The notes under the pieces: model-generated
Told to the model about the DNA's origin: nothing
Databases searched by the model: none
The model's input: the letters and a program-made list of their open reading frames with translations, nothing else
Source of the DNA: an uncultured Alphaproteobacteria bacterium
GTDB lineage: Bacteria > Pseudomonadota > Alphaproteobacteria > Rhodobacterales > Rhodobacteraceae
Direction: 5' to 3'
DNA length: 64,000 nucleotides
NCBI GenBank assembly: GCA_963739575.1
Contig: CAVUAQ010000005.1
Coordinates: forward strand, 55,507 to 119,506
Program-made: the position numbers and the translations under genes
Shown here: positions 31,409 to 40,446 of the stretch, in pieces
Numbering within the stretch: the first letter of the stretch is position 1
How the letters are laid out: each line of letters opens with the position of its first letter

Positions 31409-31699
31409 TCAGGTCCAGTGAACCTCCGCGCCGCCGGGCAGCGCCCGCCGCGCCGCGCGCGGATCGGCGTAATCCCGCCCAGCCGCATCGCAGAACGCCC
31501 GGACCCAGGCGTCGTCGAGCAGCAAGAAGTCGAGGACGGAGCCAAGGAAATCAGGGTTCTGCACCCCTTTTCGCACGCTGTCGGCATCGCTTCCGGTGGC
31601 GTTCAGGAACACCGGCAACAGGTCGTCATGGCCCGCGAGCCAGATCACCACCTCCTGCGCCAGGGCGATCGCGGCCTCTTCCGGGGTGTCGTCTCGCAT
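31409..31699 (-). CDS. DUF3572 family protein
   Basis: WLAGHDDLLPVFLNATG, FLGSVLDFLL, LPGG..HWT. Confidence 0.85.
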   Translation of the reverse strand: MRDDTPEEAAIALAQEVVIWLAGHDDLLPVFLNATGSDADSVRKGVQNPDFLGSVLDFLLLDDAWVRAFCDAAGRDYADPRAARRALPGGAEVHWT

Positions 31700-31737
31700 C
31701 TCGGGCAATACTTTCTTAATCAAGTTGGCCCAGCTAT

Positions 31738-31752
31738 CTAACCAGCTGTTAA
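31738..31752. promoter_or_regulatory. CtrA-like binding site
   Basis: CTAA-CCAGCTG-TTAA (TTAA-N7-TTAA with one mismatch) in an AT-rich divergent intergenic region. Confidence 0.6.
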
Positions 31753-31794
31753 GCATAACCATAGTGCGGATCCCCGCCGTTTGATGGAGAAGCC

Positions 31795-33201
31795 ATGGCA
31801 CGTCGCGTTCTGGTAGTGGACGACACGGCGACCGACCGGATTGCCCTCAAGGCGATGCTGGCGGCTGCCCGCTATCAGGTGATCGCCGCCTCCACCGCCC
31901 ACGAGGCGATGGCCGGGATTCGCGCCGGCGAGGCCGACATCGTGATCTGCGACGCCGGCCTGACCGACCTCGCCTCCTCCGGACTGGCCGAGCGGATGGC
32001 CACCCGCTCGCCCTCCGACCCGCGCTTCATCATCCTGACCTCCCACGACAATTCCCAGATCCGCGCGCGCTGGCTGGCGGCCGGCGCGGCGACCGTGCTC
32101 AGCCGGCCGATCGACAAGGCGTGGCTTCTGTCGAACCTGCGGGCGCTCTTGCGCGCCAGCAGCGCGCGCGCCGAGATCTTCCGCCAGGTCGGCACCGCCA
32201 CGCGCCTGGGCTTCGCCGAACCGGCGAGCCAGTTCTCGCGGCCGCGCCAGGTCGCCGTCGTCGGCTCGAACCGCGCCGCCCTCGGGCGGGTGATGCTGGG
32301 CCTGTCCGAACGCATCGCCTGTCCGGTCGAGACCCTCACCCCCGTCGAGGTGCTCGACAGCGGCCGCGACCGGCGGCCGGCAGACCTGCACGTCATCGCG
32401 CACGATTCCCAGGACGAGGCGCTCTGGATCCTGGCCGAGCTGCGCGCCAATACCGTCACCCGGCGCTCGGCCATCCTCGTCGAATGCGACGATGCCGAAC
32501 GCGCCGCCGCGATCCAGGCGCTCGATCAGGGGGCGAACGCGCTGATCCGGTGCGATGCCTCCGCCGCCGAGCGGGCGCTTCTCATCACCCGCGAGCTCGA
32601 GGCCAAGGTTGAAGCCGACGAGCTGCACGCGCAACTCGACCGCAGCCTCGCGCTCGCCGCCCAGGATCAGCTGACCGGCCTCTACAACCGCCGCTACGCG
32701 CTCCACCACCTGGCCGATCTGGCCTCCACCCGCTGGGCGGAGGGGCGCGGCTACGCCGTCGTCCTGATCGACGTGGACCGCTTCAAGTCGGTCAACGACC
32801 GCTTCGGCCACGCCGCGGGCGACGTCACGCTGCGGGCCGTTGCCGATCGGTTGCAGGCCAATCTGCGCGACCACGACGTCGTCGCCCGGTTCGGTGGCGA
32901 GGAATTCCTGGTGGCCCTGAGCGACACCACCCCCGCCGAGGCGTTCCACACCGCCGAGCGGCTGCGCGAGGCGGTTGCGGCCACCCCGATCCGCGCCGGC
33001 GAGGTCGATTGCCGCATCACCGTCAGCGCCGGCATCGCCTGCGGCCAGGCCGTGCTGCCGGACGTCACCATCACCGCCGCCGACGTCGCGCTCTACCGGG
33101 CCAAGGCGAACGGGCGCAACCGCTGCGAGCTGTCGCGGGACGACGCGGACGAAACCGCCGATCTCGGCTGGCCGCGGCCGACGCGCCGCGCCATGGTCTG
33201 A
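31795..33201 (+). CDS. PleD-like REC-REC'-GGDEF diguanylate cyclase
   Basis: VLVVDD, IVICD, DQLTGLYNRR, RDHD I-site, GGEEF. Confidence 0.9.
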   Translation: MARRVLVVDDTATDRIALKAMLAAARYQVIAASTAHEAMAGIRAGEADIVICDAGLTDLASSGLAERMATRSPSDPRFIILTSHDNSQIRARWLAAGAATVLSRPIDKAWLLSNLRALLRASSARAEIFRQVGTATRLGFAEPASQFSRPRQVAVVGSNRAALGRVMLGLSERIACPVETLTPVEVLDSGRDRRPADLHVIAHDSQDEALWILAELRANTVTRRSAILVECDDAERAAAIQALDQGANALIRCDASAAERALLITRELEAKVEADELHAQLDRSLALAAQDQLTGLYNRRYALHHLADLASTRWAEGRGYAVVLIDVDRFKSVNDRFGHAAGDVTLRAVADRLQANLRDHDVVARFGGEEFLVALSDTTPAEAFHTAERLREAVAATPIRAGEVDCRITVSAGIACGQAVLPDVTITAADVALYRAKANGRNRCELSRDDADETADLGWPRPTRRAMV

Positions 33202-33288
33202 CGCGGCCCCGGCGTGCCAGATTCGCACACCCCCTTTGGTCCGGCGGCGGGAAAGGGTATACTGGCTGCAGATTCAGGGGATCGGCTC

Positions 33289-33690
33289 ATGTTCGACAGT
33301 ACAAGTTCTTCCGCCCGGGACACGGGCACCGCGGCCGACGAGCGGGCTCTGAAACCGGCGATGTTTCGCGGCTTCCGGCAGAAATGTCCCTGCTGCGGCG
33401 CCGGGCCGCTGCTGCGCGGCTATCTGACGTTGCGCGACGAATGCATCGTCTGCGGCGAGGATCTGAGCCATGCCCGGGCCGATGACGGCCCCGCCTATCT
33501 CACAATCCTGATCGTCGGCCATCTGATGGCGCCGCTGATGCTCTACGTGAACGAGGCGTTCCGCCCCGACGCCCTCGTCCTCGCGACGATTTTCTGCACC
33601 TTCTGCGCGGCTCTGTCGCTCTATCTGCTGCCGCGCATCAAGGGGGCGATCGTGGGATTCCAATGGGCGAAACGGATGCACGGCTTCTGA
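33289..33690 (+). CDS. DUF983 family membrane protein
   Basis: CPCCG, CIVCG, ADDGPAY, KGAIVGFQW. Confidence 0.85.
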   Translation: MFDSTSSSARDTGTAADERALKPAMFRGFRQKCPCCGAGPLLRGYLTLRDECIVCGEDLSHARADDGPAYLTILIVGHLMAPLMLYVNEAFRPDALVLATIFCTFCAALSLYLLPRIKGAIVGFQWAKRMHGF

Positions 33691-34349
33691 TCCGCGACGC
33701 CGCCACCGTCATCGTGGTGCGCGATGCGGCCACGGCGCCGTCGGTTCTGATGGGCCAGCGCGGCCAGTCGGCTGCCTTCATGCCCGACAAGTACGTCTTC
33801 CCCGGCGGCGCCGTCGATCCGGGCGACGCGGCCATCCCGCTCGGCCGGGGTCTCGATCCGACCTGCCGCGCCCGGCTCGACCGCCCCGGGCAACCCGCCC
33901 CCGAGGCGCTCGCCGCTGCCGCGATCCGCGAGCTCTGGGAGGAGACGGGGCAGATCTCGGGCGTGCCCGGCGACTGGCCCGATGCGCCCCAGGGCTGGCG
34001 CGGCTTTGCCGCCAGCGGCCACAGACCCGACGCTTCCTGCCTCGTCTATGCCTTCCGGGCGATCACTCCGCCCGGCCGGCCGCGCCGCTTCGACGCGCGC
34101 TTCTTCCTGATGCCGGCCGACCGCCTGGCCTCCGATCCCGACGATTTCGACCGGGCGGAGGACGAGCTGCGCCACCTCCACTGGGTGCCGCTCGGCGAAG
34201 CCCGCGCGCTCGATCTGCCGTTCATCACCGCCGTCGTGCTGGGCGAGGTGGAGGCGCTGCTGCCGGCGCTGACGCCGCCCGAACGGGTGCCGTTCTTCGT
34301 CAACGACGATACCTGCCGGGTCCGCGACAATTCTAGACCGCCAGGATGA
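33663..34349 (+). CDS. NUDIX hydrolase
   Basis: RDAATVI, VFPGG, AAIRELWEETG, RRFDARFF. Start uncertain. Confidence 0.88.
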   Translation: MGETDARLLIRDAATVIVVRDAATAPSVLMGQRGQSAAFMPDKYVFPGGAVDPGDAAIPLGRGLDPTCRARLDRPGQPAPEALAAAAIRELWEETGQISGVPGDWPDAPQGWRGFAASGHRPDASCLVYAFRAITPPGRPRRFDARFFLMPADRLASDPDDFDRAEDELRHLHWVPLGEARALDLPFITAVVLGEVEALLPALTPPERVPFFVNDDTCRVRDNSRPPG

Positions 34350-35217
34350 GCGCCAGGATCGACACGCTCAGAAGCGCGATGCCGGCCAGCTCGCGCCCGG
34401 TGATCCGCTCGCCCAGAAGCAGCGTCGTGGCGAGGATCGACAGGATCACCTCCACCTGCCCCAGCGCCTTCACATAGGCCGCGTTCTGCAGCGCGAAGGC
34501 CGTGAACCAGCCGAACGAGCCGACCATCGAAAGGGCCCCGGCGAGCGCCGCGACCCGCCAGGCCGCGACCACTGCGCCGATCTGCCCCGGCTCCCGCCAG
34601 ACGAGCCAGGTGCCGAGGATGAGCGTCTGCGCGCTCGTCGCCGCCGCCAGCGTCACGCCCGCGCGCAAGAGAACCGGCGCGTCGCCGAGGGACAAGGCCG
34701 CGCCACGATAGCACACGGCCGAGACCGCAAAGAGCGCGCCCGAGCCCAAGCCCAGCGCCACCGCGCGCCCCTCCCAGCCGCCGCCCGGCCGACCCGACAG
34801 GATCAGCACCGCGACCGCGCCGATGCCGATGGCCACCGCCCCGCCGCCGCTCACCGGATCGCCGAGGAGCAGGAGGCCAAGCACCGCCGTCAGGATCGTC
34901 TCGGTCTTCTTGAAGCTGATGCCGACGGCGAAGTTTCTCAGCCCGAACAGCGTGATGACGCAGGCCGTGGCGAGGATCTGCGCCACCCCGCCGGTCAGAA
35001 CGAAGCGCCAGAAGGCCGCCGTCGGTCGCGGCAGCGGCGCGCCGCCCGCGGCGCCCCAGAGGAGCAGGATCGCGACGATCAGCGGCGCCGAGAACAGGAA
35101 CCGCGAGAAGGTCGCGCCGCCGGTCGACAGCGCCGTGCGCTTCAGGTGCCGCTGCACCAGGAACCGGCCGGTCTGCGCCACCGCGGCGATGAGCGTCGCC
35201 GCGATCCAGCCGCTCAC
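34333..35217 (-). CDS. DMT/EamA family transporter
   Basis: About 10 TM helices, RNFAVG, KKTE, LGQVE; GTG overlaps the upstream stop. Confidence 0.85.
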   Translation of the reverse strand: MSGWIAATLIAAVAQTGRFLVQRHLKRTALSTGGATFSRFLFSAPLIVAILLLWGAAGGAPLPRPTAAFWRFVLTGGVAQILATACVITLFGLRNFAVGISFKKTETILTAVLGLLLLGDPVSGGGAVAIGIGAVAVLILSGRPGGGWEGRAVALGLGSGALFAVSAVCYRGAALSLGDAPVLLRAGVTLAAATSAQTLILGTWLVWREPGQIGAVVAAWRVAALAGALSMVGSFGWFTAFALQNAAYVKALGQVEVILSILATTLLLGERITGRELAGIALLSVSILALILAV

Positions 35218-36224
35218 CGCGGCGCCCCGACGCCGCGTCCCGCCTCCGCCGGCCAAGGCAGCGCCGCATGGCCGCTGCCGAACCGCGCGAGCCCGTCTGC
35301 GACCGGCGGCAGCGGCGGCGTCGGCCGGCGGCTCTCGAGCGAGACGTGGAGCATGAAATGCTCGCCCGTCGCCACCAGATCGGCCCCCCGCCACATCCGG
35401 TGCAGAAAGCGCATCTTCGCCCCCGCCACCGACAGCGCCTGCGTCTCGACGCGGATCCGGTCGCCGTCCCGGCATTCGCCCAGATGCCGGATATGCGTCT
35501 CGGCGGTGAAGAACGAGTGCCCCGCCGCGATGTAGGCCGCGTCGCAGCCCAGCATCTCCATCAGCCGGGTGGTGGCGTCGCCGAACCCGTCGAGATACCG
35601 CGCCTCGGTCATGTGACCGTTATAGTCGCTCCAGTCGAGCGGCACGATGCGGTCGGCGGTCTCCACCGGCCGCGACCATAGGACGGGCGCCCGCGGCCAG
35701 AGCGCCTCGGTCGCGGCGATGATCCGCCCCGCGCCCTGTCCCGCATGGCGCAGCGCCCGCAACACGCCCACCATCGCCGCGTCCTGCGCCGACTCGGGCG
35801 CCTCTCGGTCGACCGCGAGGGGCGCCAGCTGCGCCACCGGCGCGACGCCGAGCCGTGCCAGCCGCTCGACGAGCGCCACTGACGCGCCCTTCACCACCAC
35901 CTCCGGCGACAGCCACGCGGGCGAGCCGGCATGAAGCTCGGCCTCCGCCACCGCGTCCCAGCCGCCGACCGCCACCACCGGCGCCGCCGCGGCGATGCCC
36001 TGCCCCGCCGCGGCCAGCACCAGATCGGCGCCCTCGACCGCCGTCTCTGGCGTCGCCACGCGGTCGAGCGCGCCTGCAGGCGGCGTCCGGTCGTAAAGCC
36101 CCGGCAGCGCCCGCCGCGCCCGGTCCATGACCGCCCCGACCGGCGGCCCGGCATGGACCGTGTCGCAGCCCATCAGGCTCGCCCGCGCCGCCCAGTCGGG
36201 CAGCCCGATCACCGCCACCCTCAT
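35214..36224 (-). CDS. Hot-dog thioesterase fused to an eroded carnitine-dehydrogenase-like N-domain
   Basis: DWSDYNGHM, FFTAETHIRHL, ATGEHFMLHV; N-terminal WAAR and ARRALPGLYD remnants but no GxGxxG. Confidence 0.75.
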   Translation of the reverse strand: MRVAVIGLPDWAARASLMGCDTVHAGPPVGAVMDRARRALPGLYDRTPPAGALDRVATPETAVEGADLVLAAAGQGIAAAAPVVAVGGWDAVAEAELHAGSPAWLSPEVVVKGASVALVERLARLGVAPVAQLAPLAVDREAPESAQDAAMVGVLRALRHAGQGAGRIIAATEALWPRAPVLWSRPVETADRIVPLDWSDYNGHMTEARYLDGFGDATTRLMEMLGCDAAYIAAGHSFFTAETHIRHLGECRDGDRIRVETQALSVAGAKMRFLHRMWRGADLVATGEHFMLHVSLESRRPTPPLPPVADGLARFGSGHAALPWPAEAGRGVGAPR

Positions 36225-36760
36225 CACCCGCCCTGCGGCGTCATCCGAAGCCGCGCCGGATCGTAGCCATTGGCGCGCAGCGCCCGCCGCGCCGCCGCGA
36301 GCCGTGCGGCCGAAATCTTCGGCTCGCGGGCCAGGATCCAGCCCGCCCGGCCCGACGGCACGCCGACCACCGCCGTCTCGTACCCCTCGTCCACCCACAG
36401 AACCCAATAGGGCGCGACGAAGGGCGTGCCGTCGAGCCGCACCTCGAGCCGCCCCGGACCGGTCACCGTGGCACGCCCGGAAATGCCCACGACGCGGCCG
36501 TTCCGGCGACAGGTGTTGTGGACGGTGACGGTGCTGTCCGGCCCCGCGCCGTAATCGGCCTGCGTCCCGGTGCAGCCGCGCTGGAACGGCACCGGATAGG
36601 ACCCGATCTCGTACCAGCGACCGAGGAACCGCTCGGTCGCGAAGGACGCCACCGAGGCAATCGGCGCCGCTCTGTCGCGATAGCTCGGCACCGGGAGGAG
36701 CGGCGATTCGGTCGAACAGGCCGGGAGCAGCAGAAGCAGGAGGGGCGCGAGGCGGATCAT
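36224..36760 (-). CDS. Lipocalin lipoprotein, Blc-like
   Basis: Lipobox LPAC, GRWYEI, YWVL, WILAR. Confidence 0.88.
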   Translation of the reverse strand: MIRLAPLLLLLLPACSTESPLLPVPSYRDRAAPIASVASFATERFLGRWYEIGSYPVPFQRGCTGTQADYGAGPDSTVTVHNTCRRNGRVVGISGRATVTGPGRLEVRLDGTPFVAPYWVLWVDEGYETAVVGVPSGRAGWILAREPKISAARLAAARRALRANGYDPARLRMTPQGG

Positions 36761-37380
36761 CCGAGCGCCCGGATCGGCGCCACCAGCGCCCAGCCCAGCG
36801 TCTCGTGCGCCGCCGCGCCGAAATGGATGCCGTCCACCGGATCGGTCGCGATCACCTGCGCCGCATCGAAAAACGCCGCGCCGTGGCGCGACGCCACCGC
36901 GCCGATGTGCGCCGGCAGCGCCGCCGAGCGCCGCGCGGCATCGGCGAACATCTCGGCGAAGGGGCCGACCTCCTGCACCGCGGGCGGCGAGATCAGCATC
37001 CGCCGCGCCCCCGGCATGTGCCGTGCCGTCACCTCCAGAAGCCGGCCGAGCGACAGCGCGACATCCTCGGCCGTCACCCCGAACCGCGCCTTCAGGTCGT
37101 TGGTCCCCAGCATGATCACCACGATATCGGCCGGCGCCTGCGCCTCGAGCGTCGCCGGCAGCACGGCAAGGCCGTTCTTCCACTCCCCCTCCACCGGGTC
37201 ATCATGGACCGTCGTGCGCCCGGGAAGCCCGTCGACCGTCACCCGCCAGCCGGGCCCCAGCCCCGCCGCCAGATGCCCCGCCCAGCGCGCCTCCGGCGAA
37301 AGCCGGTCCGAGGCGCCCGGCCCCGCCATGGGCAGCGTGCCGTGGCTGTTGCTGTCGCCGAAGATCAGGACATGGGTCAT
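36757..37380 (-). CDS. SGNH/GDSL hydrolase
   Basis: FGDSNSHG, GRTT, MLGTND, DGIH. Confidence 0.92.
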   Translation of the reverse strand: MTHVLIFGDSNSHGTLPMAGPGASDRLSPEARWAGHLAAGLGPGWRVTVDGLPGRTTVHDDPVEGEWKNGLAVLPATLEAQAPADIVVIMLGTNDLKARFGVTAEDVALSLGRLLEVTARHMPGARRMLISPPAVQEVGPFAEMFADAARRSAALPAHIGAVASRHGAAFFDAAQVIATDPVDGIHFGAAAHETLGWALVAPIRALG

Positions 37381-37383
37381 GGC

Positions 37384-38421
37384 TCAGAACGGCATCGCAT
37401 GGGCGCGGTGAGCGGCGTCGATCTCCGACAGGACCTCCGCCGAGAGAGCCAGGTCGGTGCCGGCGAGGATCCGTTCGAGCTGCGCCTCGGTCGTCGCGCC
37501 GAAGATCGGGATCGCCGCCACCGGCCGCTCAGCCACCCAGGCCAGAGCCATGTGCACCGGATCGATGCCGTGCCGCTCCGCGATTTCCAGATAGGCCGCG
37601 ACCGCCGGCCACAGCCGCTCCGTCACCCGCCCGTTGAGGTCGGGGTTGATCGACCGGCGCGAACCCGCCGGAATGCCGTCGCGGTACTTGCCGGTCAAGA
37701 GCCCGCAGGCCAGCGGCGAATAGGCCAGAAGCGTCACGTCCTCGTGGTGGCAGGTCTCCGCCAGATCCGCGTCCCAGTAGCGGCAGAGCAGCGAATATTC
37801 GTTCTGCACCGTCGCCACCCGCGGTCCGCCCGACCGCGCCGCCGCGGCGGCCCATTCCATGATCCCCCAGGCGGTGTCGTTCGACAGCCCGAAGGCGCGG
37901 ATCTTGCCTTCCGCCTGCACCGCCTTCAGCGTCTCCATCACCTCGGCGATGTTGTCGCGCACCGCCGCGCTGTCCTGCCCCGACGGGTCGTAGCTCCAGA
38001 TCTGGCGGAAGTGATAGGATCCCCGGTTCGGCCAGTGCAGCTGATAGAGATCGACGTGATCGGTGCCGAGCCGTTCGAGCGAGCCCTCGAGCGCCGCCCG
38101 CAGGCTCGCTCCGGTGATGGGCGTCCCCTGCCGCGCCAGCGCCGAGGGACCGAGGCATTTGGTGGCGAGGGTCAGATCGTCGCGCCGCCCCGACGCGGCG
38201 ATCCAGGCGCCGATGATCCGCTCGGTCTCGCCCACCGTCTCGGCCAGCGCCGGGTTGACCGGGTACATCTCGGCGGTGTCGAGAAAATCGATGCCGCAAT
38301 CGAGCGCCCGGTCGATCTGCCGGTGCGCCGCGCGGGCCTCGGTCTGCCGTCCCCAGGTCATCGTGCCGAGGCACCAGCCCGGCACCTCGATCCCCGTCCG
38401 TCCCAGCGCGCGTCGTTGCAT
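37384..38421 (-). CDS. Aldo/keto reductase, Tas-like
   Basis: [33 protein letters not shown]. Confidence 0.92.
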   Translation of the reverse strand: MQRRALGRTGIEVPGWCLGTMTWGRQTEARAAHRQIDRALDCGIDFLDTAEMYPVNPALAETVGETERIIGAWIAASGRRDDLTLATKCLGPSALARQGTPITGASLRAALEGSLERLGTDHVDLYQLHWPNRGSYHFRQIWSYDPSGQDSAAVRDNIAEVMETLKAVQAEGKIRAFGLSNDTAWGIMEWAAAAARSGGPRVATVQNEYSLLCRYWDADLAETCHHEDVTLLAYSPLACGLLTGKYRDGIPAGSRRSINPDLNGRVTERLWPAVAAYLEIAERHGIDPVHMALAWVAERPVAAIPIFGATTEAQLERILAGTDLALSAEVLSEIDAAHRAHAMPF

Positions 38422-38536
38422 CCTGCCTCCCCTCGCTCGGCCTCTCCTGCCTAGCGATCCCGGCGCCGGGGGCAATGCTGGAATTCGCCTCCGGGCGGCG
38501 ATAAGAGGCCCCCGGCAGACAAGGAAAGGCTGGCCC

Positions 38537-40255
38537 ATGGACCGCGTCCTGATCACCTCGGCGATCCCCTACATCAACGGCATCAAGCATCTGGGGAACC
38601 TCGTCGGCAGCCAGCTGCCCGCCGATCTCTTCGCCCGCTACAAGCGCGGCCGCGGCGCCGAGGTGCTGTTCCTCTGCGCCACCGACGAGCACGGCACGCC
38701 CGCCGAACTCGCCGCCGCCAGGGCCGGCAAGCCCGTCGCCGAGTATTGCGCCGAGATGTGGCAGGTGCAGAAGGACCTCTCCGACGGGTTCCGCCTCTCC
38801 TTCGACCGGTTCGGCCGCTCCTCCTCGCCGCAGAACCACCGATTGACGCAGCATTTCGCCGGCCGGCTGGCCGAGGCAGGGCTCATCGAGGAACGCGCCG
38901 AGACGCAGATCTACTCGCCCGCCGACGGTCGCTTCCTGCCCGACCGCTATATCGAGGGCACCTGTCCGAATTGCGGCTACGACCGCGCGCGCGGCGATCA
39001 GTGCGAGAACTGCACCAAGCAGCTCGACCCCACCGACCTCATCGACCCGCGCTCCGCCGTCTCGGGCGCCACGGACCTCGAACCGCGCGAGACCAAGCAC
39101 CTCTACCTGCGCCAGTCCGCCATGGCCGACGAGCTGCGCGACTGGATCACCACGCGCGCCGACTGGCCAACGCTCACAACCTCCATCGCGCTCAAATGGC
39201 TCGACGAGGGCCTGCGCGACCGCGGCATCACCCGCGACCTCGACTGGGGCGTGCCGGTCCAGAGGGGCGACGATCCCTGGCCCGGCATGGAAGGCAAGGT
39301 CTTCTACGTCTGGTTCGACGCGCCCATCGAATACATCGCCTGCGCCTGGGAATGGGCCGACGAGACGGGCCGGTCCGAGGCCGACTGGCACCGCTGGTGG
39401 CGCACCGGCCACGGCGCCGGCGATGTGCGCTACGTGCAGTTCATGGGCAAGGACAACGTGCCCTTCCACACCCTCTCCTTCCCGGTGACCATCATGGGCG
39501 CCAATTCCACCGGCGAGGACTGGAAGCTCGTCGACTACATCAAGTCGTTCAACTACCTGAACTACCAAGGCGGGCAATTCTCCACCTCCCAGGGCCGCGG
39601 CGTCTTCATGGACCAGGCGCTGGAGATCCTGCCGGCCGATTACTGGCGCTGGTATCTCCTGAGGAACGCCCCCGAAGGCAGCGACGCCGAATTCACCTGG
39701 GAGACGTTCCAGGCCGCCTCGAACCGCGACCTGGCCGACGTCTTGGGCAACTTCGTCAGCCGCGTGACCAAGTTCTGCCGCTCGAAGTTCGGCGAGGAGG
39801 TGCCTGCGGGCGACGCCTACGGCCCGGCCGAGGAGGCGGTGATCGCGGATCTCGAGGCCCGGGTGCGGACCTACGAGCGCCACATGGACGCGATCGAGAT
39901 CCGCAAGGCCGCGGCGGAGCTCCGCGCGATCTGGGTCGTGGGCAACGAATACCTGCAAGCCGCCGCCCCCTGGGCCGCCTTCAAGGAGGACCCGGACCGC
40001 GCCGCCGCGATCATCCGCTTCTCGCTGAATCTGATCCGGCTCTACGGGATCCTCTCGGCGCCGTTCATTCCCGATGCCTCGGCCGCCATGCTGTCGGCGA
40101 TGCGCGCCGAAGACGACTGGCCGGGCGACATGGCGGAGGCGCTGTCGCGGCTTCCCGCAGGCCACGCCTTCAGCGTGCCCGACAACCTCTTTGCCAAGAT
40201 CGACGACGCGCAGCGGCAGGCCTGGGCCGACCGCTTCGGCGGCCCCCGCGACTGA
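38537..40255 (+). CDS. metG: Methionine--tRNA ligase
   Basis: [16 protein letters not shown], Zn knuckle CPNC/CENC, YVWFDA, QFSTS. Confidence 0.97.
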   Translation: MDRVLITSAIPYINGIKHLGNLVGSQLPADLFARYKRGRGAEVLFLCATDEHGTPAELAAARAGKPVAEYCAEMWQVQKDLSDGFRLSFDRFGRSSSPQNHRLTQHFAGRLAEAGLIEERAETQIYSPADGRFLPDRYIEGTCPNCGYDRARGDQCENCTKQLDPTDLIDPRSAVSGATDLEPRETKHLYLRQSAMADELRDWITTRADWPTLTTSIALKWLDEGLRDRGITRDLDWGVPVQRGDDPWPGMEGKVFYVWFDAPIEYIACAWEWADETGRSEADWHRWWRTGHGAGDVRYVQFMGKDNVPFHTLSFPVTIMGANSTGEDWKLVDYIKSFNYLNYQGGQFSTSQGRGVFMDQALEILPADYWRWYLLRNAPEGSDAEFTWETFQAASNRDLADVLGNFVSRVTKFCRSKFGEEVPAGDAYGPAEEAVIADLEARVRTYERHMDAIEIRKAAAELRAIWVVGNEYLQAAAPWAAFKEDPDRAAAIIRFSLNLIRLYGILSAPFIPDASAAMLSAMRAEDDWPGDMAEALSRLPAGHAFSVPDNLFAKIDDAQRQAWADRFGGPRD

Positions 40256-40385
40256 GCACCGGGCGCGCCCGGCCGCCCCTCCGGCGCCGCCTGCGGACCC
40301 GGGACCGCCACGACGGCGGAGGCCGTCCCGTCTCGCGCGGTCCGCGAGGCCGCCCGCCTGCCTCGCCGCCTGGGCCTGACCCCCG

Positions 40386-40422
40386 AAAACACGAAGCCCC
40401 GCCCGCGAGACGCGGACGGGGC
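40386..40422 (-). terminator. Terminator of the actP operon
   Basis: 12-bp stem GCCCCGTCCGCG/CGCGGGCGGGGC (one G-U pair) followed by TTCGTGTTTT on the minus strand. Confidence 0.7.
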
Positions 40423-40446
40423 ATGTCGTTTAGGTCGGGTGGCGCG

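Noticed and set aside
38537-40255. MetG with QFSTS in place of KMSKS and no C-terminal tRNA-binding domain
   Set aside because: Consistent with a known MetRS subtype; no sign of damage.
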